DNA of 64,000 bases from an uncultured Chloroflexia bacterium (GCA_963739515.1 CAVUAO010000003.1:393891-457890); one strand, 5' to 3'; shown: positions 17,967 to 27,156, counted from the first letter of the stretch. Notes: generated by a model from the letters alone, not told the origin. Program-made: numbers and translations.

Positions 17967-18813
17967 AAAGGCCGCCCGGACGGGCTTTTGTTTCGGGGTA
18001 AGACAGGCGGTCACTCTCTTGGAAAAGGTCGCCCGCGAGCGCGGGGGCGTGGAAACGCTGGGGGCGGTGGTGCATAACCAGCAGGTGCTGCAAAAACTAG
18101 AGGAAATCGGCGTTAAAGTGGTCAATAATATCGACGAAATTCAGGGCGATACGGTGGTAACAAGCTCGCACGGTATTAGCACCGACTTAGAGAACAAAAT
18201 CCGCGCCCGCCATAGCGAGGTCATCAGCACCACCTGCCCGAACGTCCGTCGCGCCCAGGATGCTGCGGCCAAGCTGGCGGAGTCCGACTTTTTCGTTATC
18301 GTCTATGGGGACGTTGACCATCCCGAGGTGAAGGGAATACTGGGAAGGGCGAAGGGTAAGGGCCTGGCCACTATTGACGAAAAAGTCGTGGCGGCGTTGG
18401 ACCCCCTCCCCCGCCGACTCGGCATACTTTCGCAGACCACCCAGGTGCCGGCCCATTTCCGGGAATTCGTGAAGAAAATCATCGACCTTGCCCTGACGAA
18501 AAACTCCGAGATTCATGTCATCGATACCATCTGCCACGACCTGCGGGAGCGCCAGTCGGCCGCCCTCGAGCTGGCGCACCGGGCCGACCTCATGCTGGTG
18601 GTGGGCGGACGCTCCAGCGCCAATACCAGCCGCATCGCCGAATTATGTTCAAAAATCGCCGAGACGCATTTAATAGAGACCGCCGCCGATATCAAGACAG
18701 CCTGGCTCAAGGGCAAAAAACACATCGGCGTTACCTCCGGCGCCTCCACCGCCGAAGACACGGTGGATGAGGTGATGAAGAGGCTGAAGGAGATGACGAA
18801 ATACATCAAATGA
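17938..18813 (+). CDS. ispH: 4-hydroxy-3-methylbut-2-enyl diphosphate reductase
   Basis: 291 aa. ..GFCFGVRQAV.. is the first Cys-motif region; ..TTCPNV.. and ..DTICHD.. are the further cluster Cys motifs typical of IspH/LytB. Confidence 0.88.
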   Translation: MTRKKPPVIEKAARTGFCFGVRQAVTLLEKVARERGGVETLGAVVHNQQVLQKLEEIGVKVVNNIDEIQGDTVVTSSHGISTDLENKIRARHSEVISTTCPNVRRAQDAAAKLAESDFFVIVYGDVDHPEVKGILGRAKGKGLATIDEKVVAALDPLPRRLGILSQTTQVPAHFREFVKKIIDLALTKNSEIHVIDTICHDLRERQSAALELAHRADLMLVVGGRSSANTSRIAELCSKIAETHLIETAADIKTAWLKGKKHIGVTSGASTAEDTVDEVMKRLKEMTKYIK

Positions 18814-18823
18814 GGTTAATATA

Positions 18824-19801
18824 ATGCACTTTGATATGAGTCATAGAACAATAAAAGTATTTATTCTTTTGATTATTTTATTCATATTAAGTATGACGAT
18901 CGGGTGTGCTGGCAAAAGTTCTCAAGAAGTAATGACACCCATATATCCAACTACGATGAACTGGCAGATTACTAGACCGCAATCTAATGCTCTTTATGAT
19001 ATCTGGGGTAGCTCTTCCAAGGATATATTTGTAGTAGGAGATAAAGGAACGATTTTGCACTATGACGGAAATATATGGACAACAATGGATAGCGGAACAA
19101 ACGTATTGTTATTGGGTGTTTGGGGTAGCTCTTCCTCTAATGTCTTTGCTGTAGGTGATGGAGGTACAATTTTACATTACGATGGGGAAAAATGGAATAT
19201 AATGAACAGTTATATTACAGATGATCTCAACGCTGTTTGGGGTAGTTCTTCTTCTAATGTCTTTGCTCCCGTTAATGGACCTGGCATTATTTTGCATTTC
19301 AATGGAGAAATATGGGAATCAATGCAAACTCCGTTTGATTTTCAGCTTTTTAATGTCTGGGGAACATCATCAACTAATATATTTGCCGTTGGAAGATGTA
19401 ATGTAATCATGCATTATGATGGCCGAGATTGGATAATTATAACTAGAGATTCCGACACTACTACTCGTATTTTAAAAGCCATCTGGGGAAGCTCTTCCAA
19501 AGACATCTTTGTTGCAGGGTATACCGGACAAATGAGGCATTATGATGGCGAAAAATGGTATTCTATAGATAGTGGGACAATTAATGCTATTCATGATCTT
19601 TGGGGTATTTCAGCTAATAATGTTTTTGCTGTAGGAGTAGAGGGAATCATTTTATATTATAATGGTAATCAATGGGTTCAAATGAACAGTGGAACACAAG
19701 AATCCTTATTGGGAATATGGGGCGACTCTGCAACAGATATATTTATTGTCGGTGATAATGGCGTTATCCTACATTATGATGGAACTAATAATCCTGAATA
19801 A
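18824..19801 (+). CDS. Seven-bladed beta-propeller-like repeat lipoprotein on an AT-rich islet
   Basis: Signal peptide plus lipobox (..LSMTIGC). Seven ~42-aa repeats of consensus WGSSSxxIFAVGDxGTILHYDGxxW. The gene is very AT-rich. Confidence 0.6.
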   Translation: MHFDMSHRTIKVFILLIILFILSMTIGCAGKSSQEVMTPIYPTTMNWQITRPQSNALYDIWGSSSKDIFVVGDKGTILHYDGNIWTTMDSGTNVLLLGVWGSSSSNVFAVGDGGTILHYDGEKWNIMNSYITDDLNAVWGSSSSNVFAPVNGPGIILHFNGEIWESMQTPFDFQLFNVWGTSSTNIFAVGRCNVIMHYDGRDWIIITRDSDTTTRILKAIWGSSSKDIFVAGYTGQMRHYDGEKWYSIDSGTINAIHDLWGISANNVFAVGVEGIILYYNGNQWVQMNSGTQESLLGIWGDSATDIFIVGDNGVILHYDGTNNPE

Positions 19802-19909
19802 CACCCCCTTTCCCCCTCTCCTTGACTCCCCCTCCCTCACTCTCTATAATTTATCTTAGTTTTAGACTCAACCTTTTCCACACCACCGACTAAAGAGAGG
19901 AATATCAAT

Positions 19910-21067
19910 TTGGACTACTTTTTAACCGAGTCGCAAAAGACCATCAGAGACCTCGCCCGGCGCATTGCCGAGGAAAGAGTCCTCCCCGTCCGCGCCGAGC
20001 TCGATGAAAAAGAGGAGTTCCCCTGGGGCATCGTTAAAGACCTCGCCGCCGCCGATATGTTCCGTGTCTTTGTTCCGGAGCAGTACGACGGCCTGGGCGG
20101 CGGCTGCCTGGAGCTTTGCCTGGTCACGGAAGAGCTGAGCCGGATATGCAGCGGTGTGGCCGTCACCTATGCCGCCAGCGCCCTAGGATGCATGACTTTA
20201 ATGGAGTACGGCACCGAAGAGCAGAAGCGTAAATATTTACCTGACATCGCTGCCGGTAAGAAGCTGGGGGCTTTCGCCATTACCGAACCGACCGCTGGCA
20301 GCGACGCCAGCAATATTAAGACCACGGCAGAAAAGGTGGCGGGGGGCTATCTGCTCAACGGCACCAAACAGTTCATCACGAACGGCGGCGAGGCGGAAAT
20401 TTACACAGTCATTGCCCTGACGGACAAGTCTAAAGGTGCCCGCGGCGCCAGCGCCCTTATCGTGGAAAAAAACACCCCCGGTTTTACCTTCGGCAAGAAG
20501 GAAAAGAAGATGGGCATCCGCACCTCGGCCACGCGCGAGCTCGTCTTTAAAAACTGTCTCGTCCCGGAGGAAAATCTGCTGGGCAAGCCCGGCCTCGGCT
20601 TTATCCAGGCGATGCGCCTCTTCGATAAGTCCCGTCCCGGCATCGGCGCCCAGGCAGTGGGCCTGGCCCAGGGCGCCCTGGAAGCAGCGGTAGATTACGC
20701 CGAGCAGCGCGTCCAGTTCGAGCAGCAAATAATTAACATGCCGGTCATCCAGCACATGCTTGCGGACATGGCTATCCAGGTCGAGGCCGCCCGCGCATTA
20801 GTCTACGCCGCCGCCCGCTACGTCGATAGCGGCGCCAAAAATCTCACCGAGTCGTCGGCCATGGCTAAGGTTTTCGCTTCTGATGCCGCCATGAAAGTCA
20901 CCGTTGATGCCGTGCAGATTTGCGGCGGCTCCGGCTACATGCGTGATTACCCCGTCGAGAAGATGATGCGGGACGCCAAAATCCTCCAGATTTACGAAGG
21001 CACCAACCAGATTTTAAGGAACGCCATCGCCGTGAACCTGCGCAAACGGAAGGGCCGGACGGCATGA
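19910..21067 (+). CDS. Acyl-CoA dehydrogenase (short/medium-chain type)
   Basis: 385 aa. ..GAFAITEPTAGSDA.. and ..IYEGTNQI.. are ACAD motifs. TTG start. The stop overlaps the etfB start (ATGA). Confidence 0.88.
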   Translation: MDYFLTESQKTIRDLARRIAEERVLPVRAELDEKEEFPWGIVKDLAAADMFRVFVPEQYDGLGGGCLELCLVTEELSRICSGVAVTYAASALGCMTLMEYGTEEQKRKYLPDIAAGKKLGAFAITEPTAGSDASNIKTTAEKVAGGYLLNGTKQFITNGGEAEIYTVIALTDKSKGARGASALIVEKNTPGFTFGKKEKKMGIRTSATRELVFKNCLVPEENLLGKPGLGFIQAMRLFDKSRPGIGAQAVGLAQGALEAAVDYAEQRVQFEQQIINMPVIQHMLADMAIQVEAARALVYAAARYVDSGAKNLTESSAMAKVFASDAAMKVTVDAVQICGGSGYMRDYPVEKMMRDAKILQIYEGTNQILRNAIAVNLRKRKGRTA

Positions 21068-21849
21068 ATATCGTCGTCTGCCTGAAACAGGTGCCCGGCA
21101 CCACCGAAGTTAAAATCGACCCTCAGACTAATACCCTCATCCGGCAGGGCATTGAAAATATCATTAATCCTTTCGATGCCTATGCGCTGGAAGAAGGCGT
21201 GCGTCTCAAAGAAAAACACGGCGGTAAGGTCACCGTTATTACTATGGGGCCATCGCAGGCGGACGCCGCCCTCCGCGAAGCCATATCCCTTGGCGCCGAC
21301 GACGCCGTTCTTCTCTCCGACCGCGCTTTTGCTGGCGCCGATACCTGGGCGACCGCTTACACCTTGTCCCGCGCTATTCTAAAGATAGAAAAATTCGACC
21401 TTATTATCTGTGGACGTCAGACTCTCGATGGCGATACCGGGCAGGTGGGCCCTGAGCTTGCCGAGATGCTCGATATACCCTTTATCGCCTATGTCAGCAG
21501 CATCGAAGAAATTAAAGAAAAATACCTGCGGGTCCGGCGCATGGTGGAGGAAGGCCATGAGGTCATCGAGACCAGTCTCCCCGCCGTGATCACCGTCGCC
21601 AAGGAAATTAACGTGCCCCGCCTCCCCTCCCTACGCGGCGTGATGAAATCTAAAAGCGCCGCTATTACCACTTGGGGCATTAAAGAGCTGGGCGTCGATG
21701 CGTCAATGGTCGGCCTAGCCGGTTCGTCGACCCAGGTCATTAAGGTATTTTTCCCGCAGCGGGCCCACCAAGCCGAGGTGCTCTCCGGCAATCTGGAACA
21801 GCAGGTGGCGACGCTGGTCGACCGGCTTAAGAAAGCCGGTTTGTGCTAG
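21064..21849 (+). CDS. etfB: Electron transfer flavoprotein beta subunit (second copy)
   Basis: MNIVVCLKQVPGTTEVKIDPQTNTL..; 261 aa. Confidence 0.9.
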   Translation: MNIVVCLKQVPGTTEVKIDPQTNTLIRQGIENIINPFDAYALEEGVRLKEKHGGKVTVITMGPSQADAALREAISLGADDAVLLSDRAFAGADTWATAYTLSRAILKIEKFDLIICGRQTLDGDTGQVGPELAEMLDIPFIAYVSSIEEIKEKYLRVRRMVEEGHEVIETSLPAVITVAKEINVPRLPSLRGVMKSKSAAITTWGIKELGVDASMVGLAGSSTQVIKVFFPQRAHQAEVLSGNLEQQVATLVDRLKKAGLC

Positions 21850-21861
21850 GAACGGTGGCCC

Positions 21862-22068
21862 ATGGGAGTTAAAATCGATACATTAAAGTGCACCGGCTGT
21901 GGCGCCTGTATTTATGTATGTCCGGTTGGCGTGCTCCTCGTCGACGATATGAAATGCCGCGTTGCGGAAGGCTGCATTTCCTGCGGGCTCTGCGTGGACC
22001 AGTGCAACTGGCAAGCGATAACGCTGGAAAATAAACCCGCCCGAAAAAAGAAAAAGAGGGGCGTCTAG
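21862..22068 (+). CDS. 2x[4Fe-4S] ferredoxin
   Basis: 68 aa with CTGCGACIYVCP and CISCGLCVDQC. Confidence 0.8.
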   Translation: MGVKIDTLKCTGCGACIYVCPVGVLLVDDMKCRVAEGCISCGLCVDQCNWQAITLENKPARKKKKRGV

Positions 22069-22074
22069 AAACCT

Positions 22075-23259
22075 ATGGCGGATACTGGTATCAAAGTCAA
22101 CGATGAATGCGTCGGCTGCGGCAACTGCATAGCGGTCTGCCCCTTCGGCCTGATCGAAATCGTCCGGGGCAAGGCGGTAATCAAGGAAGGCTGTAACCTC
22201 TGCGGCGCCTGCGTGGCGGCCTGCGGTTATAACGCCATCACCATCGAGGCGCCTCAAAAAACGTCCGGCGTCAGCGCCAGTTCGCGCGGCGTCTGGGTCT
22301 TCGCCGAGCAACGGCGCGGCAGCCTGAAAAACGTCGTTTTCGAGCTCCTTTCCAAAGGCCGGGAACTGGCGGATACTCTTAAGACGGAATTATCAGCGGT
22401 ATGCCTCGGTCATGACGTCAAAGACATTAACCGGCTTTTCGCTTACGGCGCCGATAAAGTCTACCTGGCGGATAGCCCCGACCTGGCCGAAAACCAGGAG
22501 GACTATCTCACCCATGAGATGGTGAGGCTTATCAGAGAACATCAGCCGGAGATCGTGCTGGCCGGCGCGACTGCTCTGGGCCGCTCTTTCTTTCCCCGCG
22601 TGGCGGCTATTCTGAACACCGGACTTACCGCCGACTGCACCGGACTGGAGATCGATACGGAGAAACGGCTGCTCCGGCAGACCCGTCCTACCTTCGGCGG
22701 GAACATCATGGCCATCATCATCTGCCCGGACAAGCGGCCCCAGATGTCCACCGTGCGCCCGCGCGTCTTTAAAAAGGGCGCCCCCGACCCCACCCGTAAA
22801 GGGCAAATCATCAGGGTCGACTTTAAAAAAGAAGGTATCACCGCGAAAACCCGGCTTTTGAATTTCATCGATGACCTTACTGAGGCAGTCAAGCTGGAAG
22901 ACGCGGATATCATCGTCTCGGGCGGGAGAGGGCTGGGTAAAGCCGAGAATTTCAAATTGCTCGCCGAGCTGGCGGACGCACTCGGGGCGGCGCTGGGTTC
23001 GTCACGGGCGGCGGTGGACGAGGGGTGGATTCCCTACAGCCATCAGGTAGGCCAGACAGGCAAGACCGTCTGCCCCAAACTATATATAGCCTGCGGCATC
23101 TCCGGGGCGATCCAGCACCTGGTGGGTATGCAGACGTCCGACTGCATCGTCGCCATCAATGATAACCCGGACGCCCCCATCTTCCAGGTGGCCCACTACG
23201 GCATCGTCGGCGACCTTTTCCAGGTGGTGCCGATGTTGATTAAAAAACTCAAGGGTTAG
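22075..23259 (+). CDS. etfA: Electron transfer flavoprotein alpha subunit with N-terminal ferredoxin domain (second copy)
   Basis: [12 protein letters not shown] and [11 protein letters not shown], then an EtfA core ending ..[17 protein letters not shown].. Confidence 0.88.
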   Translation: MADTGIKVNDECVGCGNCIAVCPFGLIEIVRGKAVIKEGCNLCGACVAACGYNAITIEAPQKTSGVSASSRGVWVFAEQRRGSLKNVVFELLSKGRELADTLKTELSAVCLGHDVKDINRLFAYGADKVYLADSPDLAENQEDYLTHEMVRLIREHQPEIVLAGATALGRSFFPRVAAILNTGLTADCTGLEIDTEKRLLRQTRPTFGGNIMAIIICPDKRPQMSTVRPRVFKKGAPDPTRKGQIIRVDFKKEGITAKTRLLNFIDDLTEAVKLEDADIIVSGGRGLGKAENFKLLAELADALGAALGSSRAAVDEGWIPYSHQVGQTGKTVCPKLYIACGISGAIQHLVGMQTSDCIVAINDNPDAPIFQVAHYGIVGDLFQVVPMLIKKLKG

Positions 23260-23707
23260 TGTGATAAGAACCCGTCACATAAAAGTCCAAACCGCGCTGT
23301 TCCGCGAAGGTCTTTATTTCATCGACTATTTCTTTTGGCGGTAATACCAGCTTCACAACCGCCTGATCCATCGGTAGCACAAACTGCCCGCCGTTCCAGG
23401 ATACAAACTCCTTTTCAGGAATCCTGCTTAAGACGGCTTTGATCCCCTCCACCCCTAACGTATGTATGTCCACCCAGCCGTCTTCAGATTCAATATTGTC
23501 ACCGGAGATAATTTCCTCCAAGGTCTTGTTCCGATTGGTGCCGGTAATTAAAGTAAAATGCCAGCCGCGGTCCAACTCCCACGAATACAATTCATAGCCT
23601 TTCATGGAACGCGGCAGCGGGCTATCTTGCGTTGCGTGACAGCCAAACAAGACAGGTATTAGCAGTACCAGCACGAGTAAATTGATTCCTCTGTGTTTCA
23701 TCATCAA
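23249..23707 (-). CDS. Hypothetical lipoprotein
   Basis: MMKHRGINLLVLVLLIPVLFGC signal peptide with lipobox; 152 aa; no recognisable domain. Confidence 0.55.
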   Translation of the reverse strand: MMMKHRGINLLVLVLLIPVLFGCHATQDSPLPRSMKGYELYSWELDRGWHFTLITGTNRNKTLEEIISGDNIESEDGWVDIHTLGVEGIKAVLSRIPEKEFVSWNGGQFVLPMDQAVVKLVLPPKEIVDEIKTFAEQRGLDFYVTGSYHTNP

Positions 23708-23833
23708 CTATTATAACGATGATTGAGCAAAAGAGTAAGTCTTAGACCTGCGGCAATCCCTGCCTTGCCTTAGATAGCTTTATCGAATATAATAATAAGG
23801 TTGTAGATACTCACGGAGGGGAGGCGAGGTGGC

Positions 23834-24343
23834 ATGCAGATAAACGTGTCGCAACTACTTCAAGAACCCATCGGGTCGACGAGAGAATACGAGATAAACG
23901 ACCCGGCTGAAATAATCGGTGATGGGAAAGAAGATAACGTCCGGGGCAAGTGCCGTTTGCTGCGCACCCAGCGCAGTATCCTGGTAAAGTGCACACTGGA
24001 TAGCGAAGTGGAACTTACGTGCAGTCGCTGCTTGAGTCGGTTCCGCCACCCGATCAAGATAAAATTTGAAGAGGAGTTTTTACCTACCGTCGATATTCAC
24101 AACGGGTCGCCGCTGCCGGCGCCGGAGGAGTCCACCGCTTTCACCATCGACGAGCGCCATACGATAGATTTAACAGAAGCGATACGCCAGTATGCGTTGA
24201 TGGCAATACCGATGAAGGCGCTCTGCGATGCACACTGTGCCGGGTTGTGCCAGAAATGCGGTAAGAACCTTAACCAGGGGAAATGTGATTGCCCGGCAGA
24301 GGAAATCGACGCCCGCTGGGAAAAGCTGAGCAAGCTGCTTTAG
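23834..24343 (+). CDS. yceD: DUF177 / YceD-family protein (upstream partner of rpmF)
   Basis: 169 aa with a C-terminal Cys cluster (CDAHCAGLCQKCGKNLNQGKCDC) and the conserved position directly upstream of L32. Confidence 0.75.
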   Translation: MQINVSQLLQEPIGSTREYEINDPAEIIGDGKEDNVRGKCRLLRTQRSILVKCTLDSEVELTCSRCLSRFRHPIKIKFEEEFLPTVDIHNGSPLPAPEESTAFTIDERHTIDLTEAIRQYALMAIPMKALCDAHCAGLCQKCGKNLNQGKCDCPAEEIDARWEKLSKLL

Positions 24344-24376
24344 ACGTGGAAAATAACGATAAAGAACGGAGTAAAT

Positions 24377-24577
24377 ATGGGACCTTTACCGAAGAGAAAG
24401 AAAAGCCAATCACGTGCGGCGCAGCGTTTAAGTCATACCGCCAGGAAGCCCGTAACAACGGTCTCCTGCCCTCAGTGCCACAGTCCCAAGCTGCCCCATC
24501 ATGCCTGCCCTACCTGCGGGTACTATAACGGCCGGGAAGTGGTCAAGAAGGAAGAGAAGAAAAAGCCGGCCGCCTAG
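24377..24577 (+). CDS. rpmF: 50S ribosomal protein L32
   Basis: MGPLPKRKKSQSRAAQR.. with a CPQC..CPTCG zinc ribbon; 66 aa. Confidence 0.9.
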   Translation: MGPLPKRKKSQSRAAQRLSHTARKPVTTVSCPQCHSPKLPHHACPTCGYYNGREVVKKEEKKKPAA

Positions 24578-24588
24578 AGAATCCTCAG

Positions 24589-25512
24589 ATGACGAAAACA
24601 GCCTGGGTGTTCCCCGGTCAGGGCTCGCAAGCGGTGGGGATGGGACGGGACCTGTACGATAACGTCCCATCGGCAAGGGCTATCTTCGAACAGGCCGACC
24701 GGGCATTGGGATTGCCGCTCTCGAGGCTTTGCTTCGAAGGGCCGGAAGAGGAACTCCGCCAGACTATTAACGCCCAACCCGCCCTGGTGACGGCGGCTTG
24801 CGCCTGCCTGGAAGCCGCCCGAGAAATCAACGGAGACAAGCTCACCACCGCCAGATACGTCGCCGGCCACAGCCTCGGGGAGTACACGGCGCTGGCGGTC
24901 GCCGGGGTCTTTGACTTCACCACGGCCGTCCGCCTTGCCCGCGAGAGGGGACGGCTGATGCACGAAGCCGGGCAGCGACAACCGGGAGGCATGGCGGCCA
25001 TCATCGGGCTGGAGGAAACGAAACTGGCCGAGGTCTGCCGTAAATCCGGTACCGTCATGGCCAACATCAACTGCCCGGGACAAATAGTCATCAGCGGGGC
25101 TTTGGAGAACCTCAACAGGGCCATGGAGCTGGCTAAAGCCGCCGGGGCAAGCCGGGCCATTCCGCTACAGGTAAGCGGGGCGTTCCACTCGCCGCTGATG
25201 AAGTCGGTCGTGGAAGGCATGTCGAAAATCATAAAGTCGATGCCTTTTAAAGACCCCACCATTCCCGTCGTCGCCAACATGACGGCCGAGCCGCTGACTA
25301 AAGCCGAGGCCGTGAAGACGGAGCTGATCAACCAGTTGACGAACCCCGTGCAGTGGCAGCGCAGTATAGAGTACATGGTGGAGCAGGGCGTGGATACCTT
25401 TATCGAGATTGGGCCGGGCAAGGTGCTGACCGGGCTTATCAGGCGCATCAACAAGGACGTGACGACCCGAAACATCAGCGACCTGGCGACGGCCAAGAGC
25501 CTGGGGCAATAA
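24589..25512 (+). CDS. fabD: Malonyl-CoA:ACP transacylase
   Basis: ..FPGQGSQ.. and the active-site GHSLGEY motif; 307 aa. Confidence 0.9.
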   Translation: MTKTAWVFPGQGSQAVGMGRDLYDNVPSARAIFEQADRALGLPLSRLCFEGPEEELRQTINAQPALVTAACACLEAAREINGDKLTTARYVAGHSLGEYTALAVAGVFDFTTAVRLARERGRLMHEAGQRQPGGMAAIIGLEETKLAEVCRKSGTVMANINCPGQIVISGALENLNRAMELAKAAGASRAIPLQVSGAFHSPLMKSVVEGMSKIIKSMPFKDPTIPVVANMTAEPLTKAEAVKTELINQLTNPVQWQRSIEYMVEQGVDTFIEIGPGKVLTGLIRRINKDVTTRNISDLATAKSLGQ

Positions 25513-25548
25513 ACCGGTTATCCGGGGCGCCGTCCCGACCCCAAAAAC

Positions 25549-25767
25549 CATTCGTTATTCGTTTTTTTAATTTTTTTTGATGTTTTCCAAAGCTAATCAG
25601 CTACGTTATTCGTTTTTAGATTATGTAAATTCTAGCTTCATTTTCCAAATGATTCGTTTTTCGTTTTATGGAAAGTTAGCTTCATTTCTTCGGTTATTCG
25701 TTTTTCGATTTATGGAAAGCCCAGCTTCAATTACAAAGTATTCGTTTTTAGAGTTATGTTAAGCAGG
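25549..25767 (+). repeat. AT-rich element made of ~45-bp units (family 'ATTCGTTTTT..AGCTTCA'), 5 units
   Basis: Unit consensus is GTTATTCGTTTTT(A/C)GATTTATG(G/T)AAA-N3-4-(C/T)AGCTTCA-N8-10. The first unit has a T-run variant and the last ends ..TTATGTTAAGCAGG. The only ORF here (25577-25762) is an artefact of the repeat. Confidence 0.85.
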
Positions 25768-25778
25768 TGTAAGGGATA

Positions 25779-25838
25779 GTGTTTGGTTACTAGTTACTAG
25801 TTGCTAGTGACTAGTTATTAGTATAAAGTGTTTGGTTG
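25779..25838. repeat. Heptamer-spaced TAG array (ACTAGTT)x5 flanked by an 11-bp direct repeat
   Basis: AGTGTTTGGTT - ACTAGTT ACTAGTT GCTAGTG ACTAGTT ATTAGTA TAA - AGTGTTTGGTT. Confidence 0.8.
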
Positions 25839-25864
25839 AGAAAGAGAATGGGATTTTGTCCCGT

Positions 25865-25949
25865 TGACCCGCCTACGCTGAAGCTTCGGTGGGCAAGCCT
25901 TACCCCCTGACCCCTGCCTACGCAAAGGCTACAGCAGGCAAGCCTCCCC
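25865..25949 (+). repeat. Tandem pair of ~42-bp GC-rich units
   Basis: TGACCCGCCTACGCTGAAGCTTCGGTGGGCAAGCCTTACCCCC followed by TGACCCCTGCCTACGCAAAGGCTACAGCAGGCAAGCCTCCCC. Confidence 0.75.
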
Positions 25950-26004
25950 AAACCTTAGATTTGCGAAATAGTTTTATCTTTTGTTTGGAGAGGTGGGAGA
26001 AAGG

Positions 26005-26088
26005 AAGAGGGGTCGTGACCCTTCAGGGTGAACCTTCAGGATGAACCCCTCTTAGACGCCCTGGATTTGAGGGGGCTACGCCCCTCTC
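26005..26088 (+). repeat. GC-rich hairpin A-type repeats
   Basis: AAGAGGGGT..(loop with CCCTTCAGGG / CCTTCAGG)..ACCCCTCTTAGACGCC, then GAGGGGGCTACGCCCCTCTC. The ACCCCTCTTAGACGCC string recurs at 60263-60279. Confidence 0.75.
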
Positions 26089-26137
26089 TTGCAGGAACTA
26101 TTACCTACCGGTAATTTAACTGATGAATCGCTCATAG

Positions 26138-27057
26138 TTAACGTTTTTGTATGGGAATATAGATATCCATTTGCTTGATACCGTTATTGTGCGAATAATG
26201 GTCTCTTTCATCATAGTACTCGAAATCATTCCGCTTTTCATCGAATTTGTACCCTGACGCCGGCAGCCAGCTATCAAAGATGTTTTTCCAGGTATCTCTT
26301 ACCGTTTGAATGTGTTTCGAGGCTTCAGTGAGAGGAGTGGTGAATTTGGCGTATAATCCGCCCGCCGTTTTCATCTTGTACATATCGGGTTCTATCTTAG
26401 CAAGGTCTTCAGGATTATCCACGCCTACGCCGAGCATATACGTAAATTCGCTGGTTAACGGATTGATATCGAAGCATACAGTAATCTCGCAATGCCTGGA
26501 TTTGTTGAAAACGTTATGAAGTCGGGTGAGGGGTTCCCATAATCCATGTTGATTGTTTCCCAATATAACGGGATATCGTGGGTAAATCTTACATTGGGCA
26601 TTTTATGCCGGCTGGTAAAGCCGACGACGGTAAGAGGTTTCATTTCTACAATTTCCGGATACATAATTTTTCCTCCTGATATAATACTTATAAGTTCCGT
26701 AAGTTCCATTCTCGTCGGCCGACTGCAAATGGCATGAATCCGGTAGATAGACGGGGGATACCCGAAGCATTTTTTAAACGCCTTGGTAAAACCGGCATGC
26801 GTTTCAAAACCATATTTCACCGCAACATCGATGATTTTTTCTCCGCAGCTAACATCATATAACGCGTATTGCAGTTTACGACGGGTAACATAAGCCATGA
26901 GAGTTATTCTCGTTACCCTGGAAAATATGCGATTAAAATGAAATGTTGAATAACCGCATTCTTTTGCCAGTTCTTGAGGGCGTTATTCCTTCTGTGATAC
27001 GGTTATCAATAATGTCCAGGACATTTTGTATGATATGATTATCTATCCAAGTCTTCA
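26138..27057 (-). pseudogene. AraC-family regulator with GyrI-like effector domain, on an AT-rich islet, two frame breaks (~26540 and ~26977)
   Basis: GTG 27057 gives VKTWIDNHIIQNVLDIIDNRITEGITP. Skipping 1 nt continues QELAKECGYSTFHFNRIFSRVTRITLMAYVTRRKLQYA.. (two AraC HTH units). The second break joins ..DIPLYWETINMDYG to ..WEPLTRLHNVF.. of the GyrI-like domain (track ORFs 26455-26898 and 26138-26563). Confidence 0.75.
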
Positions 27058-27156
27058 CCTTGTAAGCTAACAGTAACTAGATTATACCAAGTCTTAAAAT
27101 CAATTTGCTTATCCTGGAGTGCTGTTTTAATGGGAAAAAATATCACTTCACATGGC

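Noticed and set aside
25577-25762. 61-aa ORF (MMFSKANQLRYSFLDYVNSSFIFQ..).
   Set aside because: It is entirely a translation of the 45-bp-unit repeat, with no RBS and a low-complexity product.
25549-25767. Possible CRISPR array, suggested by regularly spaced repeats.
   Set aside because: The variable segments are only ~3-10 nt and are partly conserved between loci. The repeat units are degenerate, no cas genes are present, and the same ordered architecture recurs at three loci. This is not CRISPR-like.
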